NCBI GenBank assembly: GCA_965644295.1
Contig: CBFFRP010000011.1
Coordinates: forward strand, 65,719 to 129,718
DNA: 64,000 bases
Reading direction: 5' to 3'
DNA from: Paraphysomonas bandaiensis
Taxonomy: Eukaryota > Protista > Chrysophyceae
In this document: piece after piece, positions 1-14,198 of the stretch
Layout of the letters: each line of letters opens with the position of its first letter
Position numbering within the stretch: position 1 is the first letter of the stretch
Program-made: the position numbers and the translations under genes
The notes under the pieces: model-generated
The model's input: the letters and a program-made list of their open reading frames with translations, nothing else
Database searches by the model: none
What the model was told of the DNA's origin: nothing

Positions 1-54
1 GCGTTTTACGATGAGCTAAAAATAACATAGAGCAACTACACCGCACCTCTGCAC

Positions 55-3001
55 TCAAATTATTCTCTTCTGTCGAAATATGGCGGACAAAATTGGGATC
101 AGCAAAAAACATAATATTGCTGAATATGCGCTGTAATTGCCATTACACACAACAGGACATATATGCGATTGAACTCTCACCGTCATATCTGACTCATTTA
201 AATAGTCAAAGTAGTTCACATCATACACAGAGAAATCCTGTACAGAAACAATCAAAGATGCTCATCCTTTAATACAATATATTTAACCTGCGGATCAACC
301 TCTATTTCATCAAAGGAATTGGTTTTAATAGGACAGTATCCAACCGGAATGTGACTCAGATCACAGCAAATAAGGTGGGTCAGCAACTGTTTGCGATGCA
401 CATATGGAACATAAGCGGCACCATCAATTTCACGGAATGATATATTGGTGGTGTCGCGAGAAGTTTCTGAACGAGCCGTAAAGACTTCAACGATATGCTT
501 AACCAGCTTGTACATTGCCCAGCAGAGGAGACCAAAGAAGGATAGATAGAATGCATACACATAGATTCGGACAATATCATATCTTTCGTCGTCTTCAGTG
601 CTCAGATACCTAAAGAAGGATCACAAAAGTAACAAATCTCGCCAGGCCACTTACGAGTAGTCGAAACTGAAATATTGTATCTTAGGAGACGTCAGTGCAC
701 ACACTTCTTTAAATGGCCAATTCGCAAAGAAAAAAATAGAGATCCCCATGTGCCAAAATACAGAAAAAATGAAAAAGTATCTGGCAACAACTCCTAAGGA
801 TTCATTTATAGTAGGTTTTCGTCTCCATAATTTAAACAATGAGTACTTATCCACAAGGTAGGTAGAAATCATTGTAAACGATATGATAAACAATCCGGAT
901 GGTAATGGTACTGCATAAAAAAGACCCGTAAACACGGTTTTGAGGCAGTCAGTATACCGCTCAGCGAGAGTCCACTCAGCCCCCTGCCATTTGGCATTAA
1001 ACTCAGCCTGCGTGCCATATAATGGGGCAACTGCATATCTCTGAAATGTGTCGAAGAAGTTACAGAGGCGGAACAATGGAGTGGCAAGAGCATCCGCGAT
1101 TAAAATGTTTTGAATGGACTGTAGAGTCTCAAGTGCAAAAATGTCTTCATCGGGAGTTACCCAGTAAACAAAAAATGCACTGTTGATGCAACGCGCAATC
1201 ACTAATTTTACAAGAATTGACTGTTGGAGTCGAGTCTCGGAGCTGTGCTTTTCCAACCTGACCCACACTTCACTGTTACAATCATACACAGGTGCAAGGA
1301 TACTCAATTCTCACCGGACAGTAATATTCTTTATTATCACTGGTAGACTTGAATTAATACCCGTAATGACAACAGCACTAGCAACACCTTCGTAATTGAA
1401 GTATGCCTAGACAGAGATGACATTAACGAAGTGAGTGAAATTGGAATTGCAACTTACAAATGAGACAATGTAAAAAGCTGCATACATGACAGCTCCACAG
1501 AGGATATTACTGAGGCCCAAAAACATTAGGCGAATGCAAATCCCCATATCACTGTTTTCATAAATGATGTCTGACGGCTCAGGCGCCTTTCTCACATGTA
1601 ACACCTATGTTGAATCGCTATTGAGAACCATAGAGGAATTATATGCAACACACTGTACCGTGTTGTGAAACGAAAGTGAGCGCAAATCACTCTTCTTGTT
1701 CAGCCACACATCTCTTTTACCTACACCACATTACAACATATGAGCCGAAACACATAATAAAACTACTGATTCTACCAACTGCCATTCTATTAATACAGGT
1801 AACCATAGACGCCTCAGAGTTGAACGTGACAAACACCTGCCAAAACGTGTCAGGAAATCAGCTTCATGACATATAGCAAGTAACCTTCCAGGGCTTATAA
1901 TCAAGTTTACTTAATCGTCTAATATCTTCATCAAGGCTTGACAGTCTTGTCTTCAAAGACTCTTGATCGTGAAGCAGCTTGCTGCTCTGTGTTACATAAG
2001 TTACTACAGATAGGAGTGTACGAATCACTGGTCCGCACCCTGAGCAAGTCAATGAAACGCCTCAGTATCGAGGGCAGCCGTGTTTCTCTTCCCTCCGATT
2101 GTGCAAGGCCATTAAGAGAGTTTAGAGTGACCTTTCGTGCAGCTACTGTCCGAAGAAGTTTGCCATTATCTTTGGCAACAGTCACGAGAACCACCTCTCC
2201 GAACTGTGAAAAGAAATCATGATATATCTTGGGATCGGTGATATCTTCTGGAGGATTTTGTATAACCACAGAGTAATCGGACGTCGTTTGTTGGGCTTGA
2301 TCAATTCTCTTCACGGTGTCATTGACAACTTTTTTCGCGCCTAGAGCAAGTACTGCCAGAAGACAGGTAAGGATTAGGTCCGACAATCCTTGCCGTAAGA
2401 GACGTAGATCTTCTGCTTCAGCCCCGTACACACTGCCTTTAAGGTTCACTAGAGTCTGAACCAGATAGCGAGTTCCATTGGCATCATATGGTGTGCGATA
2501 GGAAGGGCGAACATCATTATAGTTGGATACATTGTTGGTATTATAGTAAGTAAAGCATATGGGGTCAGATATATCGTCACCTGAAACAGATATCTGATGC
2601 TCTTTATTTTCATATATAGCAATTAATGAAATCAAACCACATATCATAAATAATAATGAAAATGCCTTCAAAGTTCTAAAATATAAACTGATTCCAATTC
2701 CAAATTCATCCAAAGCGGCTGATTTGGTATGAAAGAAATCATACAACTCCGCCACGTTTCCATGATCATCAAGTAGCTCTCCAGGATTCGCCAGACGATA
2801 TCCAGTAGGTTGATTTTCGTCAGCTATACGACGGGGAAGAATAAGATTACGGTAGAGTCTCGCAGCCTGGTAACTAGGGGCTGTATATGAGGGGAGGGAA
2901 TCAGAGTCCTCTGCCGCAGGGGGAGTTATTGGAAAACTAGTGGGAAAGAGATCGATATCTGTTGTACACTCTGAATCGGAATTATTTGCTGCCCATGGCA
3001 T
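55..3001 (-). CDS. OSCA/TMEM63 (CSC1)-like multi-pass membrane channel, multi-exon; 3' end approximate and may run off the window
   Basis: ORF pieces 1931-3001, 1864-2052, 1407-1604, 651-1307, 252-560 and 55-255 join via GT-AG introns. Motifs: GIGISLYF..LK, SDYSVVIQNPP, FSQFGEV, APEPSDIIYEN, ERYTD..K..F.GLFY...P...YLVDKY.L, plus several TM helices. Confidence 0.75.
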
Positions 3002-3096
3002 TGTACGACATACACTCCGATTCCAGCTTAAGGCTCAACAATGAACAAACTAACGACCCCTTAACCCACACACTTAACTGCTAGAAAAAAACAATA

Positions 3097-3756
3097 ACAT
3101 ACATACATACATACATACATACATACATACATACATACATACATACATACATACATACATACATACATACATACATACATACATACATACATACATACAT
3201 ACATACATACATACATACATACATACATACATACATACATACATACATACATACATACATACATACATACATACATACATACATACATACATACATACAT
3301 ACATACATACATACATACATACATACATACATACATACATACATACATACATACATACATACATACATACATACATACATACATACATACATACATACAT
3401 ACATACATACATACATACATACATACATACATACATACATACATACATACATACATACATACATACATACATACATACATACATACATACATACATACAT
3501 ACATACATACATACATACATACATACATACATACATACATACATACATACATACATACATACATACATACTGTACATACATACATACATACATACATACA
3601 TACATACATACATACATACATACATACATACATACATACATACATACATACATACATACATACATACATACATACATACATACATACATACATACATACA
3701 TACATACATACATACATACATACATACATACATACATACATACATACATACATACA

Positions 3757-3785
<29 letters not shown>
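3097..3785. repeat. (ACAT)n tetranucleotide microsatellite, ~172 units, one TG interruption at ~3571
   Basis: Read directly; fills most of the gap between divergent start codons at 3001 (-) and 3833 (+). Confidence 0.98.
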
Positions 3786-3788
<3 letters not shown>

Positions 3789-3832
3789 GTAGTATATTCT
3801 GTTGATGCCTTCCATTTCTTTAATTCTCAACC

Positions 3833-5515
3833 ATGGCACCTAAACCACCCTTCCTACTCGCTCTAATCGCCTCAGTCATTCCCTCATGTCTGTGCTCCTC
3901 CTCTGTATTACATTACATGCAAGAGCGGTCATCGTTCATCTCTGTAGACGAGCAGCTGTCTATTAACTCAGCATGGGATCTAACCGCTGAGGAAACCATT
4001 GCAGATAATGTATTAAATCACTTGAAATCAATCGATCAATCTCTTGATCCAGTTCCAGTTCAGTTTAACTTTGCAACTATGCAGTCGACTATAGACAGCA
4101 GTGGTCTATACGCTGCTCTGAGGACCCTCCCTAAGGGCTCTCTGCTACACAGTCATGATGTGTCCTCTCAGGATATGCATTTCTATATTAATGCCTCCTA
4201 TATGAAGGGGTGTTTGTATAATACTGATACATCGAGTGCCGACTATGGGGCTCTTTCGTTCCAACCTGCGCCTATGTACGTCCCGATTGAATTGGTTCGA
4301 GAAAGCTGGTTAGTGTATTGCGTTTCTTATAGTACTTTAAATTAATATGTTTACTGTTGAAGGCCAACTGGCGTTGCTTCCTTTGACGAAGAACTATATC
4401 AGAACTTTACTCTTCTTCCTTATATGGATATTCCGGACACTACAGGAGATTTCTTATGGGAGAAATTTCAGCCAATATTTAGCCGTGTTGGTATGATGTA
4501 TCGTTATGAGCCTGTGTTTCGAATGTACTATCAACGTATGTTTGATCAACTTTATAATGATGGTGTGATGCGATGGGAAATCCGCACCTCCCTAGATGGT
4601 TTGTACGATGATACCCGTTCTTATTCCCAACCCGAGACTATGCAAATTATCATCGACACTCTCAGGGAATGGCAAATGGAGGACTACGATTCTCGTGGTG
4701 GGTTTAGTTTTGGTATAATAATGCAAGCCATGCGAGATGGGACAGTAGAAGAAGTTGTAGATGCTTTGGAGAATGCTTATTATCTTCGGGAGCTCTTCCC
4801 TGATCACATAGTCGGTTTTGATCTAGTTGGACACGAAGACCCAGGAGAGACGCTTCTTCACTGGGCCCCGGTTCTGATTGATGCTGAAGAAGCAATCATG
4901 CTGCGGCATAACTATTCTCACCGGTTGCCTTTCTTTTTTCATGCCGGTGAAAGTAATCGACTAGCCGTACAGGAGAATCTAGTTGACGCCGTTTTTCTAA
5001 ATTCATCTCGTATTGGGCATGGCTTTGGTATACAGGAATTTCCTGCATTGTGGCCGTTGCTCAAGCAAAAGGGCGTGTTGGTTGAGTCTTGCCCTATATC
5101 GAACCAGGTTTTAGGACTGGTGGTAGACCAACGAAATCATCCTATAGGACAGATGCTTCATCATGCACTTACAGATTTCCTCCGTCCTGATAGACGTCTT
5201 CCTCCCGCTGTACAGGAATTGCTGGACTACGACAACAACATAGGGCATGTATTTGATAATATGATTATGTCTCCGTCACTAGCAGTTTCTATTAGTAACG
5301 ATGACCCGGGATTCTGGGGAATAGATGCATTTGTGAGTTATGATTGGTATATTGCGGTCCTAGCTTGGGACCTGTCGTTATCTGCCATTAAACAAATGGC
5401 CATTGATTCCATTGTTCATTCAGCGATTCCAGCAAGGTCGCGGATAGATATGCTACAACGCTGGAGTACAGAATGGGACAAGTGGGTGAGTAGCCTGCGA
5501 GAGCTGGAAGTATGA
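3833..5515 (+). CDS. Secreted adenosine deaminase, ADA2/ADGF (CECR1-like); 2 exons, intron 4309-4362
   Basis: Hydrophobic N-terminal signal; motifs LPKGSLLHSHD, GFDLVGHED, FFHAGE, RIGHG, ESCPISNQVLGLV, NDDPG. A 54-nt GT..AG intron joins the two ORFs in frame (ESW|PTGVASFDEE). Confidence 0.9.
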
Positions 5516-6238
5516 GATTCTAAATCATAGCAATTGCTTAATATTAAATGCTAGACTTCATGACGTACAATACAATAAGCCACATATATATTGACCGTGG
5601 GTCAATTATCGAATAACTGCTGGCTTCTTTTATAAACGATAAAATATCTCTGGAAGTTATGTCTTTAAGTCTTTTGTATATGTTGAACTGACTCTAGTTA
5701 GAGAAGAAGTAGTATGATTATGATATATTATAGGTAGCGCTACTTAGAAAGGAAGAACTAGATAAGTTGGTGGGGCAGCACCATATTAAGAATTAAGTAT
5801 ACCTTGAAACGTATATTTTGTTGAATTTTGCTTACTTGTAAGAACTTAAGAGCACTACTTTAAGTTTTATGAATGATGGCAGTACTTGAAGAAAACAGTA
5901 GTTATACTGTATCTACGGCTTCGAATTGAGAGGGAGAGCTAAATTAGTTCCGACTCTTTAACGCCTATTGCTGCTAATAATTAAGAACCGATCTTTGAGA
6001 CAAGCAGGCAATGCCTCGAAAGATGTTCGAAACAAATACAAGGAGTATCTAGTCAAATGCCTCGAGAGGAAAGCCACTTGTATCAGCTCAATTACGTTCC
6101 TATGTCGTAGTAGTCATCACTACTGACGATAATATAAAGCATAATAGATTATTTTATCCATTCATATCACGAATAACAACGAGCACACACAGAAGTAAAA
6201 CAGAACAGCAACAAAACATTCAATCATCAGCATCCGAG

Positions 6239-9053
6239 TCAAGGCTTGACTACTCGAATCTTACTTTCACCATACGCACTAATATCTAAGGCACTAACAT
6301 GGGGCACAGCGTCCGCTCCCGTATTAAAAGTAACTCGATTTCCACCAACTTTATTAGATTTTGATGAGAGAATATTCGTTGGATCAATGTCTCCAGCTAC
6401 AATAAGGTCTGTTAAAGCCACAAGTTTATAGCACTTCCCTGAAAGGCGTGTGGCTGCCTCGGGGTTGGTCTGTGTCAATCTATCAAGCCGTCGACTAACT
6501 TCAGTCGCCTGAAGTCCTACCAACGAGAAATTCTTTTTGTCTGTAGGGTCCACCCCAATTTCCTTAACATCCTTCACCTTAGCGCGAGCATACTTGTTCA
6601 TTTTCGAGAGTTCGATCTCTCGTTTTCTTGCACGCGCTTGTTTGTTTGTATTTGCAATTACTAGGTTCTTTCGTATAGTCAGTCGTAAACATTCGATCAT
6701 ACTGTGGACGGTCTCTGGATCTGCCTGTCCTAGTGTGCGTTCTTTAACAGTTGCTGTGTGATCCATTAACGCCAATGCCTCCTCATATTTACCTTGCCTG
6801 CAAAAATGCAATGAATCATACAACCACACACCTTACTGCGTACATAAAGATCGTAACCAGCATTTATACATTAAAGCACGCATATATATACGACGACATC
6901 GATATAAAAACATCCTCAAACCTGTCAGCAGACTCCGACGCTATCTCCAGTAGAGGTGCCAAACTAGGAGGCTCCAAAAATGCTTCTGAATATTGGCTTT
7001 TCACGAGATCAATTGCCTCTCTCACGCAATTATCCACACGCACCAAGTACTGCTGATACGATGGTAACGTAGAATATACAGATGCCGTAACTTGAAATGC
7101 GTTATCGGGTTGAGTGAATATCGAGGCATGTGGTGTGATGAGAGGTAAGGAGTTCTCACGACGTGCCCCGTTTCCATAACATTGTGAATCCACCTGCTCC
7201 TGTACCCCAGTGGCAGATGGAGTACCGTCAGTTTGAGACTGCCCACGCAATACAGGAGCCGTCGAGACCATGTCTTTCATATGTATACTCCCCTCACCCA
7301 TGTGACTGACATTATTGTCCATAATATTCCTCTTGCCAGCATATATGGGTGGCAGTGGTACAGTTGCAGCTAAAGATGGTGAGACATCGGCATCCATAGT
7401 GCCCACAACAGCTGAGTTAGACATGCTGGCAATATATGCAGTTGCTTCCTCCTCTGTCATTTCAATATCACGTGACGAAAAAATAGATGCTGCGTTGGCC
7501 ATATCTCCTCCCGTTGTACAGGCCGTACTTCCATATAATTCCCCAAACGTGGATCCCGCACCCATATCGGAGTCAAGAGGTCCAGCAGATGTACTATTTC
7601 TATCAGCTAAAAAGAGCAATAATTGACAGTACCTCTTCAGAAGAGATATCCTCAAGTTGTCATCAAGATCATACAAAATCGTCAGCCCATCGGAAATCAC
7701 AACTTCAGCAGGGGCATACTGACGATCTGCAATCAAAAACTCTGCTAGATCGTTACATACAGAGTATACAAATGAGGTACCCAGCTTCGTAGTTTTCACA
7801 GAATCATCAGATTTTCCGGCTACTACGACGCTGTTGTAAACACCTTGCAGAGCTGGCTTCGGCTTTCTCTGCTCAGTGAAAGCACGCTTCGCGGCTGTCC
7901 AACGCCTGCGTTTGGATTTGAGTGCTTCGGCATGAAATCCTTCCGCAATACACATTTCGGCTCGTTTCTCACATAGTCTCAATTCGAGTCCGATTTCCAT
8001 CCCAGAGCCGAAGCTGTGTGTTTGACCTGTTCCTTCAAGTCTTGTTGTTACCACGCGTAAGGATGGAGACATGGTGATCAGTACTTCGTATGGTGTTGAC
8101 ATGTATTCTTCCGGTACTGCACTCAGATCTTCTTCAGGGCGTGGTGTTTCCTCCTTATGAGGAACAAGGTGTACCCAATTAGATAACGTAGATACAACAG
8201 GATGATTCTTGTTTTGTGTTGCCAAATCCAATGCTGTGCTCCCATAGTTATCTACCGCTTCATATTCGGCACCCACTGCCAATAGCTCCAATACCATCTC
8301 ACGAGTACCATAGGCTGCAGCTAGATGGAGGGGCGTCCTTCCATCCTCTTCAATACGAGACCGCTCGTTAGCTCCCGCTTCAAGTAGAATTTTCATCACG
8401 TCCATGTGATTGTGCTTACACGCATAGTGTAGTGCCGTCATGCCATAATCAGGATCACGCTCATCCACATTGTCATGGGTTTTCAGATACCTTACCAACT
8501 CATCTGCTTTTCCCCTCATAGAAAGGTACCATATGGTCCAATACTCATCGCGTTTACATTTAATAGTTTCCATTTGCCATCGCAGCGTCCCTTCTTTTTT
8601 TATGGCCATTTTCTCAGTCGTTTCATCCAACTGGACTAAAGTCTTGACTAAAGCTTCATCTCGCTTTAACACCAAACGACTCAGTCGCTGTAACAACGTT
8701 TGAATTTCTAGTGTAACTTTAGCCTCTGGTCCATGCTCAAACTTCGCCTGCCAAGCAAGCAAAACATTCCATTTCGGCCATTCTGATTCAGGCATTGCAC
8801 CCATTAAATGATCGCAATATTCAAACACTAGTTTCCTATAAGTTGAAGGTAAGCGTGGATTAGCCCATCGAACAACAAAAAATATGCGCTCATGAAGTTC
8901 AGCGACTTTTTTTTTGGACTTAATTCGAATGTGAGTCAGACGAGATCGCTGCTTTTGTCGAAACTCTTTCAGTTCATTGTCCCACTCTCGTCTTTTTTTC
9001 TCTACACTCCAGTGCTCTGGAGCGAGAGGGGTGTCGTTTATCATATCTGTCAT
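6239..9053 (-). CDS. Ankyrin-repeat protein with C-terminal TPR-like helices, at least 2 exons
   Basis: Ankyrin motifs GMTALHYAC, GRTPLHLAA, GSTALDLA; 3' exon QGKYEEALALM...KERTLG...PETV resembles a kinesin-light-chain-type TPR. Confidence 0.8.
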
Positions 9054-9904
9054 GTGTTATATATATATACGTATGTATGTATGATTACATTCTATTGACT
9101 GTTATGTATGTATGTGGTATATCACATGAATTATTCATGGACTATGAACCAGATGATATCCTGTGATGTCAGGAGTGTCTGGTGATACGATCCTGAGTAC
9201 CTGTTGTTAGGTATCTCTTTATAGATGACTGCATCCTCTTAACTCGACTGCTCTACCATATCAGTAGTCGGCATCTTATTTTTCGGAAATAAGTTGAGGT
9301 AAATATTCTCTATATTCCTGAAATACAACTACGGCTGGAATACAGATAATTGTTGTCTCAATATTAGAAGCATTTTTGTTCAAAAATATACGAAGGATGT
9401 CGATACGACTGCGTGTACTCAGTTGATAACATGCCCGTTACTATGTATTCCAGCTGTATTCCCACTGTATTCCAGCTATAATAGAGGTACAATACTGCTG
9501 TTGTACAGGTCTGTTATACAGTTGTACAGCCCCTCCGGTCATCCATTGTTGTCTTTCCAATGACGTGTCGGAGGGAACACAAAGCAAAGAAATGTTAATA
9601 ACCAAAAAATGCCACTTTACGTCACTCGAATCCTTTAAAGAAATTTCTATTTTCGCATTTCGAAGCTATATATTCGAGAATACAGCCTCAGTGACTCAGA
9701 AAACTAATGGTTTTAGAATTCTGGACTGATGTGGACAAACCAGTGACATATTCTATGAACCTCAACTGCCAGGTTGATTAAGTGGAAAGCATATCATAAT
9801 ATTCATCACTACGGTCGATAGCATCCACCATCTGATACTACACGATAATTTATGATTTATTTTACTACAGTTAAGCTTATCAATCACTGTTTTATTCAAT
9901 CACA

Positions 9905-10528
9905 ATGAGTTCTGCTGCTACTTTAACTTCTTGGGAAAATTTTGGTGAAAAGATTAAAGGACTGTTCATTGGCGAATCTGAGGCTAACGCAGAGTCAAGA
10001 TTAGAAGCTTATCGCCGAAGTAACTCTTTTTCGGGTCAGACTTCGACAGAAGAACAGGGCTTATGGAAAAAGCTGTTTACTTATAATCGGCGCCCTACGG
10101 TTGTAGTGCCCATGCAGGCTGCCGATACTGAGCGGAGGACATACCCAGGGTACAATAGAGACAATACTCATCGTAATGCTCGACGTACAACTGCTATACA
10201 AATTAACGACATGCTGGCATCATTTCGAAAGAATTCTGTCCACCCAGCTCCGTCTACTATGGTAGACAGACGAAATGCTGTTGCAATGACTGGTCAAGTC
10301 GAACCATTTCCTGTAAGAAAGAAACCACAGTCAGTGTTTCGAAATAAACCCCGACCGGTAAGTAGTAGAATGCTTTCTGCTAGTGGTATTGGGTCTAATT
10401 TGTATTTATACAGTGCCGAACACACGAGTTGGCAATTCTGGCTTGGGAAGCTCAGAATCCTCGCAAAAAGAAATGGTTTGCGTAGGCCCGATATAAAAAT
10501 CATCACTGTATATAGCGGTTCTTTTTGA
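9905..10528 (+). CDS. Hypothetical basic, low-complexity protein (207 aa, single exon)
   Basis: Clean ATG-to-stop ORF with coding-like composition and a CACA-ATG start context as seen at other genes here; no recognisable domain. Confidence 0.55.
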   Translation: MSSAATLTSWENFGEKIKGLFIGESEANAESRLEAYRRSNSFSGQTSTEEQGLWKKLFTYNRRPTVVVPMQAADTERRTYPGYNRDNTHRNARRTTAIQINDMLASFRKNSVHPAPSTMVDRRNAVAMTGQVEPFPVRKKPQSVFRNKPRPVSSRMLSASGIGSNLYLYSAEHTSWQFWLGKLRILAKRNGLRRPDIKIITVYSGSF

Positions 10529-11046
10529 TATATTTTACTTTAACATGAGTGCAGTTATCTGCACTGATATTTTCTGAACTTCATTTCGTTGAATTATTTA
10601 TGCTTTAACTTGATTCTGAATTATATTATCAATTTTTACTGGAATTAATTAACTAACATTTTCCTATAAGTTGTCAGTGATAGGTAAAAGCTAATATATA
10701 TTATCCTAATTCAAACGCTAATTGCAGTACATATTGCTATTTGCTAATGCTTTCGTAGGAGTAGCAAAACTTGTTTCTCAGCCGAATATGCTGTGCCATT
10801 TCGTATTGTAGACATATCACTTCTGTGGCAAACTAGTGCAAGTCGTTCTTTGTTCACTGGGTTCCAATATAACCCAGTTCGATTGAAATATGATTTCCTC
10901 GTAAAAATCATAGTTAATATTTAATACTCTTCTTTATAAATAGGATATACATGTCTACATGACAATATCAGATTTTGTTACTTGAAAGCAAGCTACACAC
11001 AGCAAGAAAAATACACTGATATAATGACATAGGCTTTGAACACTAC

Positions 11047-12885
11047 TATAACAAGTCTTCAAAATCTCCAACTTTTAGCTCCGTCGTCCATGCCTTTGAG
11101 TCTATATGACACAATATTATGCACATCAAAATGTACAGTTAAAACCAACAATAAACTTATATATATAGTTATTAGCCTTACCCGTCAGCCGGAAGAGTAG
11201 AACGCACTGGAGGAGCTGCAGAACGCTCCGTTTCCCACCACCTACGTTACGCACCTCGACGTTAATATTCTACATGCTGGTAATACAAGTGGATGTATGC
11301 ACACTATACGTAAATTGAGCACACTAAAGAGCGAAAACGTACGGCTTTTCTTTTGGCATATCTTTCGGCATATCTTCTGGTTTGAAACTTTTCCCATTGT
11401 ATTGTTCGTCTTTCCACCTAAAGCACAGTACACAAGTTAAACAACTCGCGAAAACTCTGGGAATGAGAGTCACAAACCAGTCAGCCGGAGCAGGTGGGGG
11501 CGCAGGCGCTGGCTTTTCGAGTTCCCACCAACTTCATAACACAAAAAAGTTAGATTGGAACGTGAGATTGTTACGCTTCAATGTACACAGTACACTGCAT
11601 GCGCGAATATTCACCACCAGTGTATGACAAATATACAGCAACAGCACAGTACAGGACAACGTACGATGGAGTTTTTCTCCACCAATCTCTAGCTGCTTTC
11701 TTTTCTTCCTCAGTCATCTCTCGTCTCAAGTGTAGCTGAATATTTGCAGACATTTCATTAATTCATTAGTCAATCTGCTACCACTACACATAAGCAAACC
11801 TTTTCTTCCTCAATAGCTCTCTGGAGCGAGTTTAACCTCCAGAAAGAGGCCTCCCTATAAAGCTAAACAAATGTCAGTGCTGACACACGCACCAAGAAAT
11901 AACATCATGGCCGGCACACTATCATAACAGAATATCGAATGGTAGATACAACATACGCAGTATACGTTCAAAGACGTCTATTGGCAATACTACTAGCTAT
12001 GGACTACCTGAGCCAATAACTTCCTGTCAGATGGAAGTAAACCATCCCTCAGAAACATCAATATATACCGAAACAACCACCTACAATAAAAACAGTTGAA
12101 AAGGAAGCCGTTGTTCACTGCTTCTGAATAAAAACGCACCAATCTCGGTCGAAAAAGAAGACGCCATCATGGTCAGGAGCTATAGGCGGCTCTTCTGAGC
12201 ATATCAGAGCCAGAAGAGACCTACATTGGATCATGCAATTAGAGCCTCGTAAAACAATAATGAACCACTGTAAGGTAAGAGTTGTGCACTTTTTAGTTAT
12301 AATAACAAACACGATACTCTGACCCGTATTCAGCATATCGATATGACGAAACATACCTTTCATCACGTTTCAGAACGGCTTCAGTAGCTTCAAACATCTA
12401 TAAAATACCGTTTAATTTAAAATATCGCCTGTTTTACAAATATACGCATTAGATGTGTGGCCTTACCAGTCCCCCCACATTCAACATGACTCTCTTGGCA
12501 GTTGTGTTGGCAATCATATCCGCACTTATCCAATTGTCTTTCTGTACTACTTTGAGAGCATCTTTATAGGCTTCAACTTTAGCAGCAGAAACACGAAGTA
12601 GTCGACGCTCTTCACGCATAAATGATCGCAGACGTATCAACTAATACACCCCAACACTGTCATGTAAGCAGCAAGTCACAGTGACAGTATACTCATACAT
12701 GCTCTGTTCTTTCAATCAATCTCTCAAGACGCTCTACAGTAACAGTGGATTCCAAACTATCCTCATCCGCAAATGCTCTCTAACAATACAGTCATGCGTC
12801 ATGTACATCTACATACACACATACACACACGGCCCTCACTGACCTGCATATTCATTAACTTCTGAAGCTGCTGAACGGTCGCCAT
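11047..12885 (-). CDS. BTB/POZ (KCTD/T1-type) domain protein, about 10 small exons; ends approximate
   Basis: Spliced translation MATVQQLQKLMNMQ|RAFADED..|..RVMLNVGGL|MFEATEAVL..SLLA..GVFFFDRD|WWLFRYILMFLRDG.LP..|LYREASFW.L..L matches the KCTD BTB consensus. Confidence 0.8.
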
Positions 12886-13142
12886 ATTGGAATAATAAGG
12901 ATGTTGTAACTATCTCTCCTCAGGCTCTGGTTATTGAGTTATAAGATGAGGCGGTGGGATCTATCTGTGTATGTATGGGCTTAACGTGAGTTCATTTTCA
13001 AACCCAGTCCACTTACAACGCCCCGTATATTATCATACATCCGTCAGTGCTATCCTGTATATTCCAATACACACCATACCTTCCCGTTCAGAAATATCCG
13101 GTCCGTCTCCCCCGTATCATCTACCATACATAACAGCTGTGT

Positions 13143-13386
13143 GTATGTATGTATGTATGTATGTATGTATGTATGTATGTATGTATGTATGTATGTATGT
13201 ATGTATGTATGTATGTATGTATGTATGTATGTATGTATGTATGTATGTATGTATGTATGTATGTATGTATGTATGTATGTATGTATGTATGTATGTATGT
13301 ATGTATGTATGTATGTATGTATGTATGTATGTATGTATGTATGTATGTATGTATGTATGTATGTATGTATGTATGTATGTATGTAT
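13143..13386. repeat. (GTAT)n tetranucleotide microsatellite, ~61 units
   Basis: Read directly; lies between the divergent BTB (-) and Tctex1 (+) genes. Confidence 0.98.
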
Positions 13387-13511
13387 ATACACGAAACGGT
13401 CTCAGTTCAATTAATAGTCCTGAGCAGTGAGCTGACCTCATCACACACTCCTACACAACCCTCTAATACCACTAGGATATATTTGCATCTAGCAATAGTC
13501 TTATCACTCAT

Positions 13512-14198
13512 ATGTCAGCTGCAGCTCCCCCCCCAACAGATCAAACTATCGTGAAGCTCACATATCGTCAGAAGTACATCTACCCACCCCATCTACCACA
13601 TTCATCTCACTACTATACGATCACAGGGTGCCGATATCATCAATGAAAGAAATCATACAGGAGTGCTTACAAGATAAGCTTACAGGAAAGCAGTATGAGG
13701 TAACACACACACGGTCGTATATACAGACACTTAACGCTTGTGTTGACAGGGTGAGAAATGTGCAGAAGCTGCCCGTTTATTGTCTGACACAATCAGAGAT
13801 CGACTTAAAGGTTTAGTTACATTAATAGTCTTTTTGTTTAAATAATTTTGTATTTTTGTTGTAGCCTTAAATTATGAGCGATACAAGTTTGCGGTTCAGG
13901 TTTTATTCCATTATTACGGATGCTAAAATACTAATTGCGTATATACGACAGGTTATAATAGGCGAGAGACGAGATCAAGGAGTGAGGTAAATCGTGGATA
14001 TTAATATTGCTTTTGTATAATGTAGCTATTGCAGAATGGGTACTCGCTGCTTCTGGGATTCAAATACAGATAACCAAGCGTCTGCTACTTTTTTCAATGT
14101 AAGTTGAGAGCTACTGTTGTCTTGGTTTGGGTTCTGATTAGTTCCTGTAGGATCATATATTTGCCGTCGCTACTGCGTATGCTGTGTACTTTTATTAG
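13512..14198 (+). CDS. Tctex1-family dynein light chain (TCTEX1D2/DYNLT2B-like), 7 exons
   Basis: Manual splicing gives MSAAAPPPTDQTIVKLTYRQKVPISSMKEIIQECLQDKLTGKQYEGEKCAEAARLLSDTIRDRLKALNYERYKFAVQVIIGERRDQGVRMGTRCFWDSNTDNQASATFFNDHIFAVATAYAVYFY*; all introns are GT-AG. Confidence 0.9.

Noticed and set aside
3061-3839. Long MYVC-repeat ORFs in three frames
   Set aside because: Artefact of the stop-free (TATG)n microsatellite; the same applies to the MYVC/YIHT ORFs at 12971-13554.
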